Source of the DNA: Firmicutes bacterium CAG:345
GTDB lineage: Bacteria; Bacillota_I; Bacilli_A; RFN20; CAG-288
Length of the DNA stretch: 64,000 nt
Assembly (NCBI GenBank): GCA_000433315.1
Contig: FR893385.1
Location: 29,667-93,666, forward strand
Reading direction: 5' to 3'
Below are positions 1 through 9,365 of the stretch, one piece after another (within the stretch, counting starts at the first letter, position 1; every line of letters starts with the position of its first letter). The notes below the pieces were generated by a model. The model was not told the origin of the DNA, made no database searches, and saw only the letters and a list, made by a program, of their open reading frames with translations. A program made the translations under genes and the position numbers.

Positions 1-46
1 TGATGAAGAACATCAAATTAAGAAAAATGAAAATGGCTATCTAATA

Positions 47-613
47 ATGGGAAAAGCTTCTTATCCAAATTCTCCAAATTGGGTAAATCAAGAAGTACAA
101 TTCAGTGAAGATTTAAAACCAATAAGTGTAAATATACTCGACGCAAGTTCAACTAGTGTTGGAAAAATAACATTCACCGAAGTTGATTTCAAGCCTACAT
201 ATTCTGAAGATTTCTTCTCAGTTGATAGCAACATGAATAAAGCAAGAGAAAATCTTCCTAAATCAGAAACATCTGTCACTTTTGACGATTTACCTCTTTT
301 ACCAGTAGATAATTCTTCGACATTAAAAGAAAAAACCATAAGCGCAATAGATGGAGAAAACTATTACATACTTTCTTTTGAAGGAAAAAACAACTTCACT
401 ATGGTTCAAGGAATTGCTCAGCCTAATGAGACTATGAAAGTTGTTGAACTAGATATGGATTACGTTGAAACAATCAATGGAATAGCCTTTGTAAAAGACA
501 ATCACCTTATATATCAAAATAATTGTGTCAGCTATGAAATTTATTCAGACACAATGGATATATATAAAATTATCGATGTTGTCAATTCACTAGAAGTCTA
601 TGATAAAAAATAA
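47..613 (+). CDS. hypothetical protein, 188 aa
   Basis: ATG at 47 preceded by an in-frame TAA; no recognisable motif; followed by a convergent terminator hairpin. Confidence 0.4.
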   Translation: MGKASYPNSPNWVNQEVQFSEDLKPISVNILDASSTSVGKITFTEVDFKPTYSEDFFSVDSNMNKARENLPKSETSVTFDDLPLLPVDNSSTLKEKTISAIDGENYYILSFEGKNNFTMVQGIAQPNETMKVVELDMDYVETINGIAFVKDNHLIYQNNCVSYEIYSDTMDIYKIIDVVNSLEVYDKK

Positions 614-634
614 AAAGCTCTTTTAAGAGCTTTT
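613..634. terminator. bidirectional rho-independent terminator between convergent genes
   Basis: AAAAGCTCTTttAAGAGCTTTT palindrome flanked by A and T runs. Confidence 0.6.
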
Positions 635-1812
635 TATAATTTTAAGAAGTTTTTAATTTCATTAACCTTATCTAATTCTTCCCAAGGAGAATAGATATCT
701 GGCCTACCAAAATGTCCATAGTTAGATAAATCAGAATATTTAAATTTTGGTTCAGTCATAGAGAATTTAGAAATAATACCTTTTGGAGTAAAATCAAATA
801 CTTCATTCAAACAAGCGATTATTTTTTCTTTTTCTACTTTCTCAGTACCAAATGTTTCAATACCAATACTAACTGGTCTTGAAACTCCAATCGCATAGGA
901 AAGTTGAATTTGAATTCTATCACAAGCACCACTAGCAACTATATTTTTTGCAGCGTATCTTGCGGCATAAGCTGCTGAGCGATCAACTTTAGTTGGATCT
1001 TTTCCTGAGAAAGCACCACCACCATGAGGACATGAACCGCCATAAGTATCAACAATAATTTTTCGTCCAGTTACACCGGTATCTCCTTCTGGTCCACCAA
1101 TAACAAAGCGTCCTGTTGGATTTATTAAAGTACGAAAATCTAGATTCATTCCAAAAGATTCAACTACAGGAATAATAACTTCTTTTAAAATTAATGACCG
1201 TAAATCTTCTATATCAATTTGATCATCATGTTGACAAGAAAATACAATTGTATCAACACGTGGATTATTTATATCAGTATAATCGATAGTAACTTGAGAT
1301 TTCATATCGGGACGCATATGTGTATTTTTATTAGCCTTACGATATATACTAGCTCTACGTACTAATTTATGGGCCATAACTATTGGGAGTGGCATTAAAT
1401 TTTCAGTTTCATTAGAAGCATAACCAAACATAATACCTTGATCTCCTGCCCCAAGTGATGCCTCATCATAACTAGAATCAACGCCTCGAGAAATATCAGC
1501 CGATTGTTGACGAATTAAAACTTCAACATCACATTTATCAGCATCGATACCTTCTTCATGTGAAGTATATCCAATTTCACGAAGGACATCTCGAGCTATT
1601 TTCTCATAATTTGGAGTTCCGACAGATTTATTTAATGTAACTTCGCCGGCAATAACAACTTTTTCATGAGTTATTAAAACTTCAACAGCAACACGAGCAT
1701 TTTTGTCTAAATTTATACATGCATCAAGAATTGAATCTGCAATTTTATCGCAAAGTTTATCCGGATGTCCCTCGGACACCGCTTCGGAAGTAAATAATAT
1801 TTTTTGTTTCAT
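634..1812 (-). CDS. metK: S-adenosylmethionine synthetase
   Basis: 392 aa; N-terminal EAVSEGHPDKLCDKIAD and GGGAFSGKDPTKVDRSAAY motifs typical of MetK. Confidence 0.95.
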   Translation of the reverse strand: MKQKILFTSEAVSEGHPDKLCDKIADSILDACINLDKNARVAVEVLITHEKVVIAGEVTLNKSVGTPNYEKIARDVLREIGYTSHEEGIDADKCDVEVLIRQQSADISRGVDSSYDEASLGAGDQGIMFGYASNETENLMPLPIVMAHKLVRRASIYRKANKNTHMRPDMKSQVTIDYTDINNPRVDTIVFSCQHDDQIDIEDLRSLILKEVIIPVVESFGMNLDFRTLINPTGRFVIGGPEGDTGVTGRKIIVDTYGGSCPHGGGAFSGKDPTKVDRSAAYAARYAAKNIVASGACDRIQIQLSYAIGVSRPVSIGIETFGTEKVEKEKIIACLNEVFDFTPKGIISKFSMTEPKFKYSDLSNYGHFGRPDIYSPWEELDKVNEIKNFLKL

Positions 1813-2040
1813 AAGTCCCCTCGGTGGGAACTTATCCCACCTTACTTTCTTTCTATCTTGGAATTTGACTCCTCGAGCCTAATTTGTTTAGCCAATAATT
1901 CCAAACTGGCTACGCCGGTTATCTTTTCAATAAGCGGCAATTCCATACCATTTTCATATAATATTTCTGCTAATTTAATTTGTTTTTCATGTTTAGTTTT
2001 ATTCATATTTTTCACCTACTTAAAGTATGTGAAAATGAAT
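1813..2040 (-). promoter_or_regulatory. long structured metK 5' leader (candidate riboswitch-like or translational switch); contains an unannotated 54-aa ORF at 1842..2006
   Basis: Hairpin GGTGGGAtaagTTCCCACC sits immediately upstream of the SD GAGGGGA. An alternative UCCC/GGGA pairing would sequester the SD. A GCCAgtttggaattatTGGC hairpin is also present. No confident match to the SAM-I consensus. Confidence 0.35.
1842..2006 (-). CDS. small ORF, 54 aa (MNKTKHEKQIKLAEILYENGMELPLIEKITGVASLELLAKQIRLEESNSKIERK), HTH-like
   Basis: Good RBS AGGTGAaaaatATG; below the ORF-track size cutoff; helix-turn-helix-like pattern resembling the IS3 OrfA N-terminus; its stop overlaps the metK leader hairpin. 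Confidence 0.3.
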   Translation of the reverse strand: MNKTKHEKQIKLAEILYENGMELPLIEKITGVASLELLAKQIRLEESNSKIERK

Positions 2041-2045
2041 GAACA

Positions 2046-2324
2046 CTATGCATTAATTTTTGATTTTCTTTTTTCAATAACAGATTTTAGACCGCGCGAT
2101 AATTGATCTGGGCAAGAAGTGCCACGACCTCTGCAATCGACACCTGATAATTTATCAGCGACTTCATTGATATCCATTCCTTTGATTAGACGAGTAATTC
2201 CACCTAAATTTCCTGGACAGCCTCCAACTACTTCAAAACTGACAATTTTATCATTGTCGTCGATTTCAATTTTCATTTCGCGAGAACAAACACCTTGTGG
2301 TTTAAAAGTATAAATTTCGTTCAT
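2046..2324 (-). CDS. TSCPD domain protein (TIGR03905 family)
   Basis: 92 aa with a GTSCPDQL motif and conserved Cys. Confidence 0.7.
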   Translation of the reverse strand: MNEIYTFKPQGVCSREMKIEIDDNDKIVSFEVVGGCPGNLGGITRLIKGMDINEVADKLSGVDCRGRGTSCPDQLSRGLKSVIEKRKSKINA

Positions 2325-2380
2325 AATAACCTCGCGTACTATATACTAGCACACACTTTCTTTTTTTTCATTAAAATAAG

Positions 2381-2923
2381 TCATGATTTTTTTATTATCT
2401 TTTTATTTTGATTACTAGCAAAACCATATTCTTTTACTGGAGGTAATCTTTCCAAAAGAAATTTGCTTAAAAATGCAAGAATGAATCCAGCAAGCATACT
2501 AAGACTAGCTAATATCGGCAAATATGAGATTAAATATGGTGTTAATGTTATTAAAATATACATTAAGACTTGTCCTAGTACATGGAAAAATGATGAAACA
2601 GTAGATATTCCAAATATAGAACATCGAGAAAATTTAAAAAGTAAAATCGACGCTACTGTCGATAAAACCATACCGCTAACCGATAAAAAGAATGCCGTCC
2701 CAAAACCTGTTGAAAGCAAAGCAACAAGAAGAACTCTAGCGACATTGCTTATAACATAATAGCTCCAACCTAAATAAAACAAAGTAAATACACCAACAAT
2801 ATTTGCTAAGCCTAATTTAAAACCAATTATTGGGACAGGTAGAGGAATCAACCCTTCTACATAATGCAGAATGACAGCTAGAGCTGTAAATAAAGCAGTA
2901 TACGATATTTTACGAATATTCAT
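2381..2923 (-). CDS. Gx transporter / heptaprenyl diphosphate synthase component I-like membrane protein
   Basis: 180 aa polytopic membrane protein; typically found next to a NusG-domain-II protein downstream of rnf in Firmicutes. Confidence 0.55.
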   Translation of the reverse strand: MNIRKISYTALFTALAVILHYVEGLIPLPVPIIGFKLGLANIVGVFTLFYLGWSYYVISNVARVLLVALLSTGFGTAFFLSVSGMVLSTVASILLFKFSRCSIFGISTVSSFFHVLGQVLMYILITLTPYLISYLPILASLSMLAGFILAFLSKFLLERLPPVKEYGFASNQNKKIIKKS

Positions 2924-3369
2924 CAGTTATCAAATCCTCCTTTATTTTCCGCAACTATAACAGCCATAAATGAATTAGGAAGACAAATAAGTGGAGTATT
3001 TCCCGTACCAATTGATCCTTGTGTAGAACAAAGATGTTTATTGCTTGTTTCTTCTCCAATTTTGATTTTTTTATCTTTGATTTCCAAAACTACTACAGGT
3101 CCTTGGAAATCAGAAAAACCACTTTTTGTGCATACTCTGCCCACAGTTTCACCATCTTCTTCATTGCGACAATATACTAAAGTCTGATCGACATTTAAAT
3201 CGTAAGTATCAATCAAGCGATTTTGATAATAAACATTTACGGTAGTACCACTTTCAAAAATAGGATAACGAATAAAACCATAGACTAAAAAAACGATAGT
3301 GGCCACAACTGCGGCCACAATCGCAAAAACATCATGAATATTAAATTTTGTCCTACTCTTCTCTTGCAT
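2923..3369 (-). CDS. NusG domain II-containing protein
   Basis: 148 aa, N-terminal TM helix; start and stop overlap the neighbouring genes (ATGA). Confidence 0.5.
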   Translation of the reverse strand: MQEKSRTKFNIHDVFAIVAAVVATIVFLVYGFIRYPIFESGTTVNVYYQNRLIDTYDLNVDQTLVYCRNEEDGETVGRVCTKSGFSDFQGPVVVLEIKDKKIKIGEETSNKHLCSTQGSIGTGNTPLICLPNSFMAVIVAENKGGFDN

Positions 3370-3686
3370 TAAAGATCAACTTTCAATGTAGATCCATCAG
3401 GACCTGGAGTAGAATTTAAATAATCCTTAATAACATTTGCTTGATCATCTTTAATAACTTTACATTGTTTTACATGAGTTACTTTTCCTTCGATCAAAGC
3501 ATCTGCTAAACCTGAGCAACCAGGATATGTACAAGCACCACAGTTAGCTCCTGGAAGATGTTTCATAACTTCTTCTTTTCTATTGTCTTCTTCAACTTTG
3601 AAAAACTTATTTGCAACAGCTAATGCAACAGCAAGCAAACAAGCTAATACAACTAGGACAACTATTGTCCAAACTATTGACATCAT
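3369..3686 (-). CDS. rnfB: RnfB-like subunit, short form (membrane anchor plus N-terminal Fe-S domain only)
   Basis: TM helix then CGACTYPGC...C motif; lacks the tandem ferredoxin domains of full-length RnfB. Confidence 0.6.
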   Translation of the reverse strand: MMSIVWTIVVLVVLACLLAVALAVANKFFKVEEDNRKEEVMKHLPGANCGACTYPGCSGLADALIEGKVTHVKQCKVIKDDQANVIKDYLNSTPGPDGSTLKVDL

Positions 3687-3688
3687 TT

Positions 3689-3928
3689 CTATTTATCTCC
3701 TTTATCTTTTTTGGATTCATCGCTTAGTGGAGAAAAAGGAGTTTCTCTTTTTCCACAGCTGAGCATGCATGACTTGCAACCTTCCGGAAGTTCATCTTTT
3801 GCACAATCATCTGGCACCTTAGCTTTTTTATTCAATAAATATGTTATTGTAAAAATAATAAAACTACCTACTAAGAATGCCAAAGCAATTAAACTTTTTT
3901 CTAGTGTATTTAGAAAAATCGTAATCAT
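3689..3928 (-). CDS. small Cys-rich membrane protein between rnfA and rnfB
   Basis: 79 aa, TM helix then DDCAKDELPEGCKSCMLSC (C-x8-C-x2-C-x3-C). Confidence 0.45.
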   Translation of the reverse strand: MITIFLNTLEKSLIALAFLVGSFIIFTITYLLNKKAKVPDDCAKDELPEGCKSCMLSCGKRETPFSPLSDESKKDKGDK

Positions 3929-4506
3929 TAAATAGTGCCAGCAAATCCATAGAATGCCAAAGCCATCAAAGCTGTAGTGATCAAACCGATAGCAGCACCC
4001 TTAAATCCTTTTGGTGTATTGCTAGAAAGCAATCTTTCTTGTATAGCACTAAAGAGCATAATAACTAAGAAATAGCCAAGAGGAACACCAATGACAGTTC
4101 CTAAAACTGTACCAAATTCTTGAGGTGTAGCAATTGAACCAACCGATAAAGCTAAACCTAAAACAACGCAGTTTGTTGTAATAAGTGGTAAATAAATACC
4201 TAAACTCTTATAAAGGGAAGGAACAAATTTCTTAATTACCAATTCAACAAATTGAACCAGAGAAGCAATTACTAAAATTGCAACAATGGTGAACATGAAA
4301 TAAATATCTAAAGCTCTTAAAAGGAAACCAAGACCCCAGCAAATAAGACCTGAAATAACACAGACAAATGTTAAGGCACATCCCATTCCAAATGCTGCTG
4401 TGCGATTTTTTGATATTCCTAAATAAGAACACATTCCTTTGAATCCAGAAAGAATAGAGTTAGAAACAAAGATTGATGAAATAAGTGCTGTATAAAATGC
4501 TACCAT
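3928..4506 (-). CDS. rnfA: Rnf complex subunit A
   Basis: 192 aa polytopic membrane protein of the RnfA/NqrE family, in a conserved rnfCDGEA order. Confidence 0.85.
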   Translation of the reverse strand: MVAFYTALISSIFVSNSILSGFKGMCSYLGISKNRTAAFGMGCALTFVCVISGLICWGLGFLLRALDIYFMFTIVAILVIASLVQFVELVIKKFVPSLYKSLGIYLPLITTNCVVLGLALSVGSIATPQEFGTVLGTVIGVPLGYFLVIMLFSAIQERLLSSNTPKGFKGAAIGLITTALMALAFYGFAGTI

Positions 4507-4507
4507 T

Positions 4508-5200
4508 TTAATTTGCTCCTTTCGAAGAAGCTAAAGCTTTTTGTGCTTCGATCTTCTTTTCTTTTTTACTATTGATAAGGATATTGATTGTATTATAGAC
4601 ACCTAAGACAAAACCAAATGTCATAAATCCACCAATACCTCCTGTCATTGCTGACCAAGCATAATCTTTAAGTGGTAACCAGCTAACTGTTTGTGATGAA
4701 TCAAATGGATTAGATAAAGTGAAACCGCCTGTACCTATTAATTCTCTAAAGAAGGCGATAATCAAACAGGCAAAAGCAAAACCAATTGAAACACCAAGAG
4801 CATCTAACATTGAATCAACAACCGAATGTTTGCTAGCAAAAGCTTCAGCTCTTCCTAAAATAATACAGTTAACTGTGATAAGAGGAATGAAGACTCCTAA
4901 AGATTCGGATAAAGAAGGAGTATAAGCTTGTAACAATAAATCGATACATGTAACTAATGAAGCGATAATAACAATATAAATTGGAATACGAATTTCATTA
5001 GGAACAATTTTACGAATTGCTGAAATTATTATATTTGAGAAAAATAAGACGAATAAGACAGCTACTGACATTGTTAAGGCATTCATAATAGAGGTTGTAG
5101 CTGGAATAATTGGACAAAGACCTAATAAGGAAACAAGAATTGGGTTTTCCTTAAAGATACCGGCAAGGAAATATTCTTTCTTTTGTGAAGTTTTTTCCAT
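4508..5200 (-). CDS. rnfE: Rnf complex subunit E
   Basis: 230 aa RnfE/NqrD-like membrane protein. Confidence 0.85.
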   Translation of the reverse strand: MEKTSQKKEYFLAGIFKENPILVSLLGLCPIIPATTSIMNALTMSVAVLFVLFFSNIIISAIRKIVPNEIRIPIYIVIIASLVTCIDLLLQAYTPSLSESLGVFIPLITVNCIILGRAEAFASKHSVVDSMLDALGVSIGFAFACLIIAFFRELIGTGGFTLSNPFDSSQTVSWLPLKDYAWSAMTGGIGGFMTFGFVLGVYNTINILINSKKEKKIEAQKALASSKGAN

Positions 5201-5202
5201 AA

Positions 5203-6615
5203 TTAATTAGCTCCTTTTTCAAATTCTGCAACAATTAATTGCATAGCTTGTAAATAACCTGAAGCTGTAAATGTTGCACCAGTTCCGACTGTTACTTCAT
5301 CGATATTGACATTTTTAAATGTATCAAATGATAAACCTTCAGCTGGGAATTTAACATAATTTTTAACAAAATCATTACGTTTTGTATTAGCGCTATTTGT
5401 ATTGCCTTTAATGATATCTACACCGAAATTATCATAATATGCAACAGCACTATAAGCCTTATATTCAACGCTTAATACTGTGCGATTAACTGGATCAATT
5501 GTAGCGACAAGATCTAATTTACCATAAGTTCCGTTAAAGACACGGGCACGATAATGAGTATCATCAATTTTAATCGCTGCATTTGTCTCTTTATTATAAG
5601 CTGTGAAGTTTTGACCAGCTTCATAAATCATCGAATATAAAGTATAAGCAGTTCCTAAAGCTTTACTATCAGAAGTGAAATAAGTCTTATCACTAGCAAT
5701 AGCAGCTAAAGGTTGAGAATATTTACTGAAATCAACGCCATCACCAGAAATTGCTGGAGCGATAAGTGTTTGGGTAAATGCATCAGTTGCGGTACCATCT
5801 AATATTGAAGAACCATAGTCATCTTCACTATTTGAACTATGTTTAGTAACATTGATTCTATATAACTTATAAGAAGCTTCATTGATGGAATAAACAAATG
5901 TAAATTCACCTTCAAGATTTTGATATTGATCATCATAATCATCAGTATCACCAGCAGTAGTTTTAACTGAGTAAGTAACATAATCAAATCCTTCTTCTTT
6001 AAGTGATACCTCAGCAGTAATATTGAAATTAAGATCAGAAGAACGAACACTGATATCAGCTAAAGCTGCATTAATTGCCTTTTCTAAAACAGGTAAAGTA
6101 GATTTTGCTGAAGCACCAGCAGATGTTGTAAAGGAAGAAAAATCACTTCCAGAAACATAAGGATTACCTTGATTAACATAAGAAGCTAATTTATTTACTT
6201 CACTGACGCCTAAACTATCTTCATCACCTTCAATATAACTTAATCCAATCATGTTATTGTCTAAGAAACATGCTAAAACAGTAATTGTTCCACTAAAACC
6301 TTTATCAGTTTTAAGAAGATAAGCATGTCCTGTTTTTTCATCAGCTGTAACAACAGAATAATATTGAACAATATGAGAGTCAAATGGTTTAGGATTTGTA
6401 TTTAATGCTGGATCATCACTTGTTGTATCATATACAAGTTTAACTTCTTTGCTTCCGACAAAAACACTTTTGATTGTTTTTGCAACTTTGCCACTTGAAT
6501 TTTCAGCAATTTTTCCACTCACTGCATAATTAATTGCGGAAACAACACCACCGCAAACTAAGCATGTAGTTCCTAAAATTAATGGAAATAATATAAAATT
6601 ATTTAATTTTTTCAT
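5203..6615 (-). CDS. rnfG: Rnf complex subunit G, extended (470 aa) with N- and C-terminal FMN-binding domains
   Basis: N-terminal TM plus FMN_bind (GFSGTITVLACF...). A second FMN_bind-like C-terminus (TGATFTASGYLQAMQ). About 250 aa longer than canonical RnfG. Confidence 0.75.
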   Translation of the reverse strand: MKKLNNFILFPLILGTTCLVCGGVVSAINYAVSGKIAENSSGKVAKTIKSVFVGSKEVKLVYDTTSDDPALNTNPKPFDSHIVQYYSVVTADEKTGHAYLLKTDKGFSGTITVLACFLDNNMIGLSYIEGDEDSLGVSEVNKLASYVNQGNPYVSGSDFSSFTTSAGASAKSTLPVLEKAINAALADISVRSSDLNFNITAEVSLKEEGFDYVTYSVKTTAGDTDDYDDQYQNLEGEFTFVYSINEASYKLYRINVTKHSSNSEDDYGSSILDGTATDAFTQTLIAPAISGDGVDFSKYSQPLAAIASDKTYFTSDSKALGTAYTLYSMIYEAGQNFTAYNKETNAAIKIDDTHYRARVFNGTYGKLDLVATIDPVNRTVLSVEYKAYSAVAYYDNFGVDIIKGNTNSANTKRNDFVKNYVKFPAEGLSFDTFKNVNIDEVTVGTGATFTASGYLQAMQLIVAEFEKGAN

Positions 6616-7778
6616 CTTGCGAACACTCCGTTAATAAATGGAAGAATAGTTTCAACTGAATTCAAGAAACTCATTTTTCCACTTAAATAAGCACCGATTC
6701 CACATCCTAAACCTATGCACATAACAGTTAAACCTGCCATAACAATATATTGGGTTCCAATTCTATGATTGCTCTTATTGGATAATATTCTATCAATTGC
6801 TGGAGTACATAAATTTACTAATAATATTGAATATCCTACGCCTTCTGGAGCACTTCCTAAATAACGGATACATGCACAAACAAAGGCACCGAGGAATGCT
6901 GCATATATTCTTCCAGATGACATAACTGGTGATGTTACAGGATCGGTAATACAGAATACTGCACCAAATAATACAGCACCATATAAACATTGTCTCAAAG
7001 CGAATTCAAAAGAACCTAATCCTTTATCAGCAGTAACTCCCATAAATAATGAAATTATAAAGAAAGCTACAACATAAGTTAAAGACATTTTCCAATCGAT
7101 TATTTTTCTTACTGAAAGATAAATTCCAATGAAAATAATAAGTCCAGCAAATGTTTCACCGATAGCACCATGATAGGTACCAAGGAATAAACTCTTTAAT
7201 GAAATATCTAATGTTTCATTGACAAAACCACTAGCCTGATTAATTGTAGTAAGTGTAGCACCTGTACTGATAGTTAAATTTGTACCAGCTTGTACAACAC
7301 TAGCATTAGAAATCTGACCTGAAAAACAAATTCCAGCAAATATTCTTCCTGCTAAGGCTGGATTAAAGATATTGCTTCCAAATCCACCAAATATGACTTT
7401 TGCAACTAAAGAAGCGATTAAAGCGGAGACAAAAATTACATAAATTGGAGTATAAACAGGGAATAATAAAACAAGAATTAATGGAGTAGCAAAGAAAAAT
7501 TCTTTGGTTATTGGATTTAAGAATATTTCTTTAACTTTTAATGTTTTATGATAACGAATTGCAAGATTTGCGGTTTCAATAGCATAAACAGTTCCCATTG
7601 AAACTAATAAATTTAAGAACATTCTTAAAATGTATTTACCTGCATCATCACCGCCAGAAACACCATAATAAACTAAAGCAGCAATAAAGACTAAAGCTAC
7701 GCAAATGGTGAATTCAATCATCATTGACATAGTTGTTCTTTTAGTCTTCACACGATCATGTTGAAAAACTTTTATCAT
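6612..7778 (-). CDS. rnfD: Rnf complex subunit D
   Basis: GGFGSNIFNPALAGR motif, polytopic membrane protein. Confidence 0.9.
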   Translation of the reverse strand: MIKVFQHDRVKTKRTTMSMMIEFTICVALVFIAALVYYGVSGGDDAGKYILRMFLNLLVSMGTVYAIETANLAIRYHKTLKVKEIFLNPITKEFFFATPLILVLLFPVYTPIYVIFVSALIASLVAKVIFGGFGSNIFNPALAGRIFAGICFSGQISNASVVQAGTNLTISTGATLTTINQASGFVNETLDISLKSLFLGTYHGAIGETFAGLIIFIGIYLSVRKIIDWKMSLTYVVAFFIISLFMGVTADKGLGSFEFALRQCLYGAVLFGAVFCITDPVTSPVMSSGRIYAAFLGAFVCACIRYLGSAPEGVGYSILLVNLCTPAIDRILSNKSNHRIGTQYIVMAGLTVMCIGLGCGIGAYLSGKMSFLNSVETILPFINGVFAR

Positions 7779-7787
7779 ATCTTTCTC

Positions 7788-9095
7788 CTACTTTTTAGTG
7801 CCAACTTTAATCTTAGTGATTAATTTACCTTTGGCAAAATCTTGAGCTAAATCAATATGTGATGGGCAAATAGCTGAGCACGATCCACAAGAAACGCAAG
7901 ACATAATGCCTAATTTATCAGCAGATTTATAATCTTCACGTCCTAAAGCCATGCGAATTAAAACAGGTTGTAATGAACTTGGGCAAACTTCAATACATTT
8001 ACCACAATGCCAACAAGCGACTGGTTTATATTCATGTTCTAACTTTTTAATATTAAAAACAGTTATACCTGAATTATTATTCATCAAAGCAATTTCTTCT
8101 GATCTAGCTGCTTTACCGGTCATTGGTCCACCTATAACAATCATCACATCATCTTCGGTATTATATCCTCCGAGGAATTTTATTATTTCTCCAATAAGTG
8201 TTCCAACTGGGCAAATGACGTTGTTATTATTTTTTAAAGCATCACCAGAAAAAGTATATGTTCTAAATCCTAAATTCTCAGTGCCGATAAATAGGTCACC
8301 AATTTGAGCTATTGTTTCAACATTATTGACAACAGCACCAACTTCAATAGGCAAAACATTATAAGTTTTCTTTAAGACGAACTTAACGAGTGTTCTTTCA
8401 TATCCAGCTGGGTAAACGTCTGGTACTAAATGTAGTTCTAATTTGTCATGACCTTGTAAAGCTTTTTTAACTGGTTCAATCAGATCTTTTTTCGATTTTT
8501 TAAAGCATAGATAAGCTTTATCTAAGCCAAAAGTTTTTACAATTTTTTCCATGCCGACAATAACAGAATTCAAGCGTTCCTGTAAAGCTTTATAGTCAGT
8601 TGTTAAATATGGTTCACATTCAACCGCATTGACAATTAAGTAAGAAATTTTCTTATTTGTTTTGTACTTTAAATAAGTTGGAAAGCCAGCTCCACCCATG
8701 CCGACAAGTCCTGCATTTTGAACAGCAGAAATAAATTCTTCTTTTGAAATGTCATCTTTTAATAAAGGTCTATCAACAGCTTCATATTTTTTGTCATTTT
8801 CAATAACAAAAAAATCTGTTGGACGACCCAAGGTACTATTGAAAAGTTTTTTAACTTCTTTAATTGTTCCAGAAACAGAAGAGATAACTGGGATACTGAA
8901 ATCTGGACGAGTACCTAAAACTGTGCCTCTTAAAACTTTTTCACCAGCAGCAAGTTTATCTTTGAGTGGTAAACCTTTATTGTCTACCGCGGAAATATAA
9001 ACAAAATCCGGATCGAAGCGGAGAGGGCTTTTGTGATCAGTAAGCTCTTTATGTCCTATAATGTGCTTATGACCAACTGCATTTAAATTGTTCAT
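7788..9095 (-). CDS. rnfC: Rnf complex subunit C
   Basis: GMGGAGFPTYLKY NADH-binding motif; two 4Fe-4S motifs CWHCGKCIEVCP and CVSCGSCSAICP. Confidence 0.92.
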   Translation of the reverse strand: MNNLNAVGHKHIIGHKELTDHKSPLRFDPDFVYISAVDNKGLPLKDKLAAGEKVLRGTVLGTRPDFSIPVISSVSGTIKEVKKLFNSTLGRPTDFFVIENDKKYEAVDRPLLKDDISKEEFISAVQNAGLVGMGGAGFPTYLKYKTNKKISYLIVNAVECEPYLTTDYKALQERLNSVIVGMEKIVKTFGLDKAYLCFKKSKKDLIEPVKKALQGHDKLELHLVPDVYPAGYERTLVKFVLKKTYNVLPIEVGAVVNNVETIAQIGDLFIGTENLGFRTYTFSGDALKNNNNVICPVGTLIGEIIKFLGGYNTEDDVMIVIGGPMTGKAARSEEIALMNNNSGITVFNIKKLEHEYKPVACWHCGKCIEVCPSSLQPVLIRMALGREDYKSADKLGIMSCVSCGSCSAICPSHIDLAQDFAKGKLITKIKVGTKK

Positions 9096-9203
9096 ATCTT
9101 TCTCCTTAACGTCTTTTATTATATAAAAGAAAAAATAAAAATTAAAGTAGTTATCACTTTTTAGAAATGAATTTCAATATTTGTATTACTCGCTCATTAT
9201 TTA

Positions 9204-9233
9204 TTGCCAAATAATCATTTGCGCAAATATAAT
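9204..9233 (+). promoter_or_regulatory. pflB promoter TTGCCA-N18-TATAAT with perfect palindrome TTTGCGCAAA in the spacer
   Basis: Sigma-A-like hexamers read directly; the 10-bp palindrome lies at 9218..9227. Confidence 0.5.
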
Positions 9234-9282
9234 TCATAAAATTTCTCAAATTTAAAAAAGCTGAAATTGTAAGCACTTTCAT

Positions 9283-9311
9283 AATGCGTATTAATTGTAA
9301 AAAAACGCATT
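9283..9311 (+). promoter_or_regulatory. inverted repeat AATGCGT-N15-ACGCATT in the pflB 5' UTR
   Basis: Perfect 7-bp inverted repeat between the promoter and the RBS. Confidence 0.35.
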
Positions 9312-9365
9312 GTTAGTTTATTCTAATATTGGCTAAATTGCTGTTTAATTAATTTGGAGGTAAAA

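Noticed and set aside
88-339. 83-aa minus-strand ORF
   Set aside because: It lies entirely inside the 47..613 ORF on the opposite strand. It has no RBS and its composition mirrors the sense gene.
1813-2003. Canonical SAM-I (S-box) riboswitch upstream of metK
   Set aside because: Hallmark elements (GAGGGA, GGCCC/CCCGGCAACC, the AUGAG kink-turn) could not be aligned. It is kept only as an uncharacterised structured leader.
3711-9000. Antisense ORFs inside rnf genes (3711..3935, 4244..4432, 4719..4925, 5799..6050, 6793..6990, 7951..8307, 8749..9000)
   Set aside because: All lie within confidently identified Rnf subunit genes on the opposite strand.
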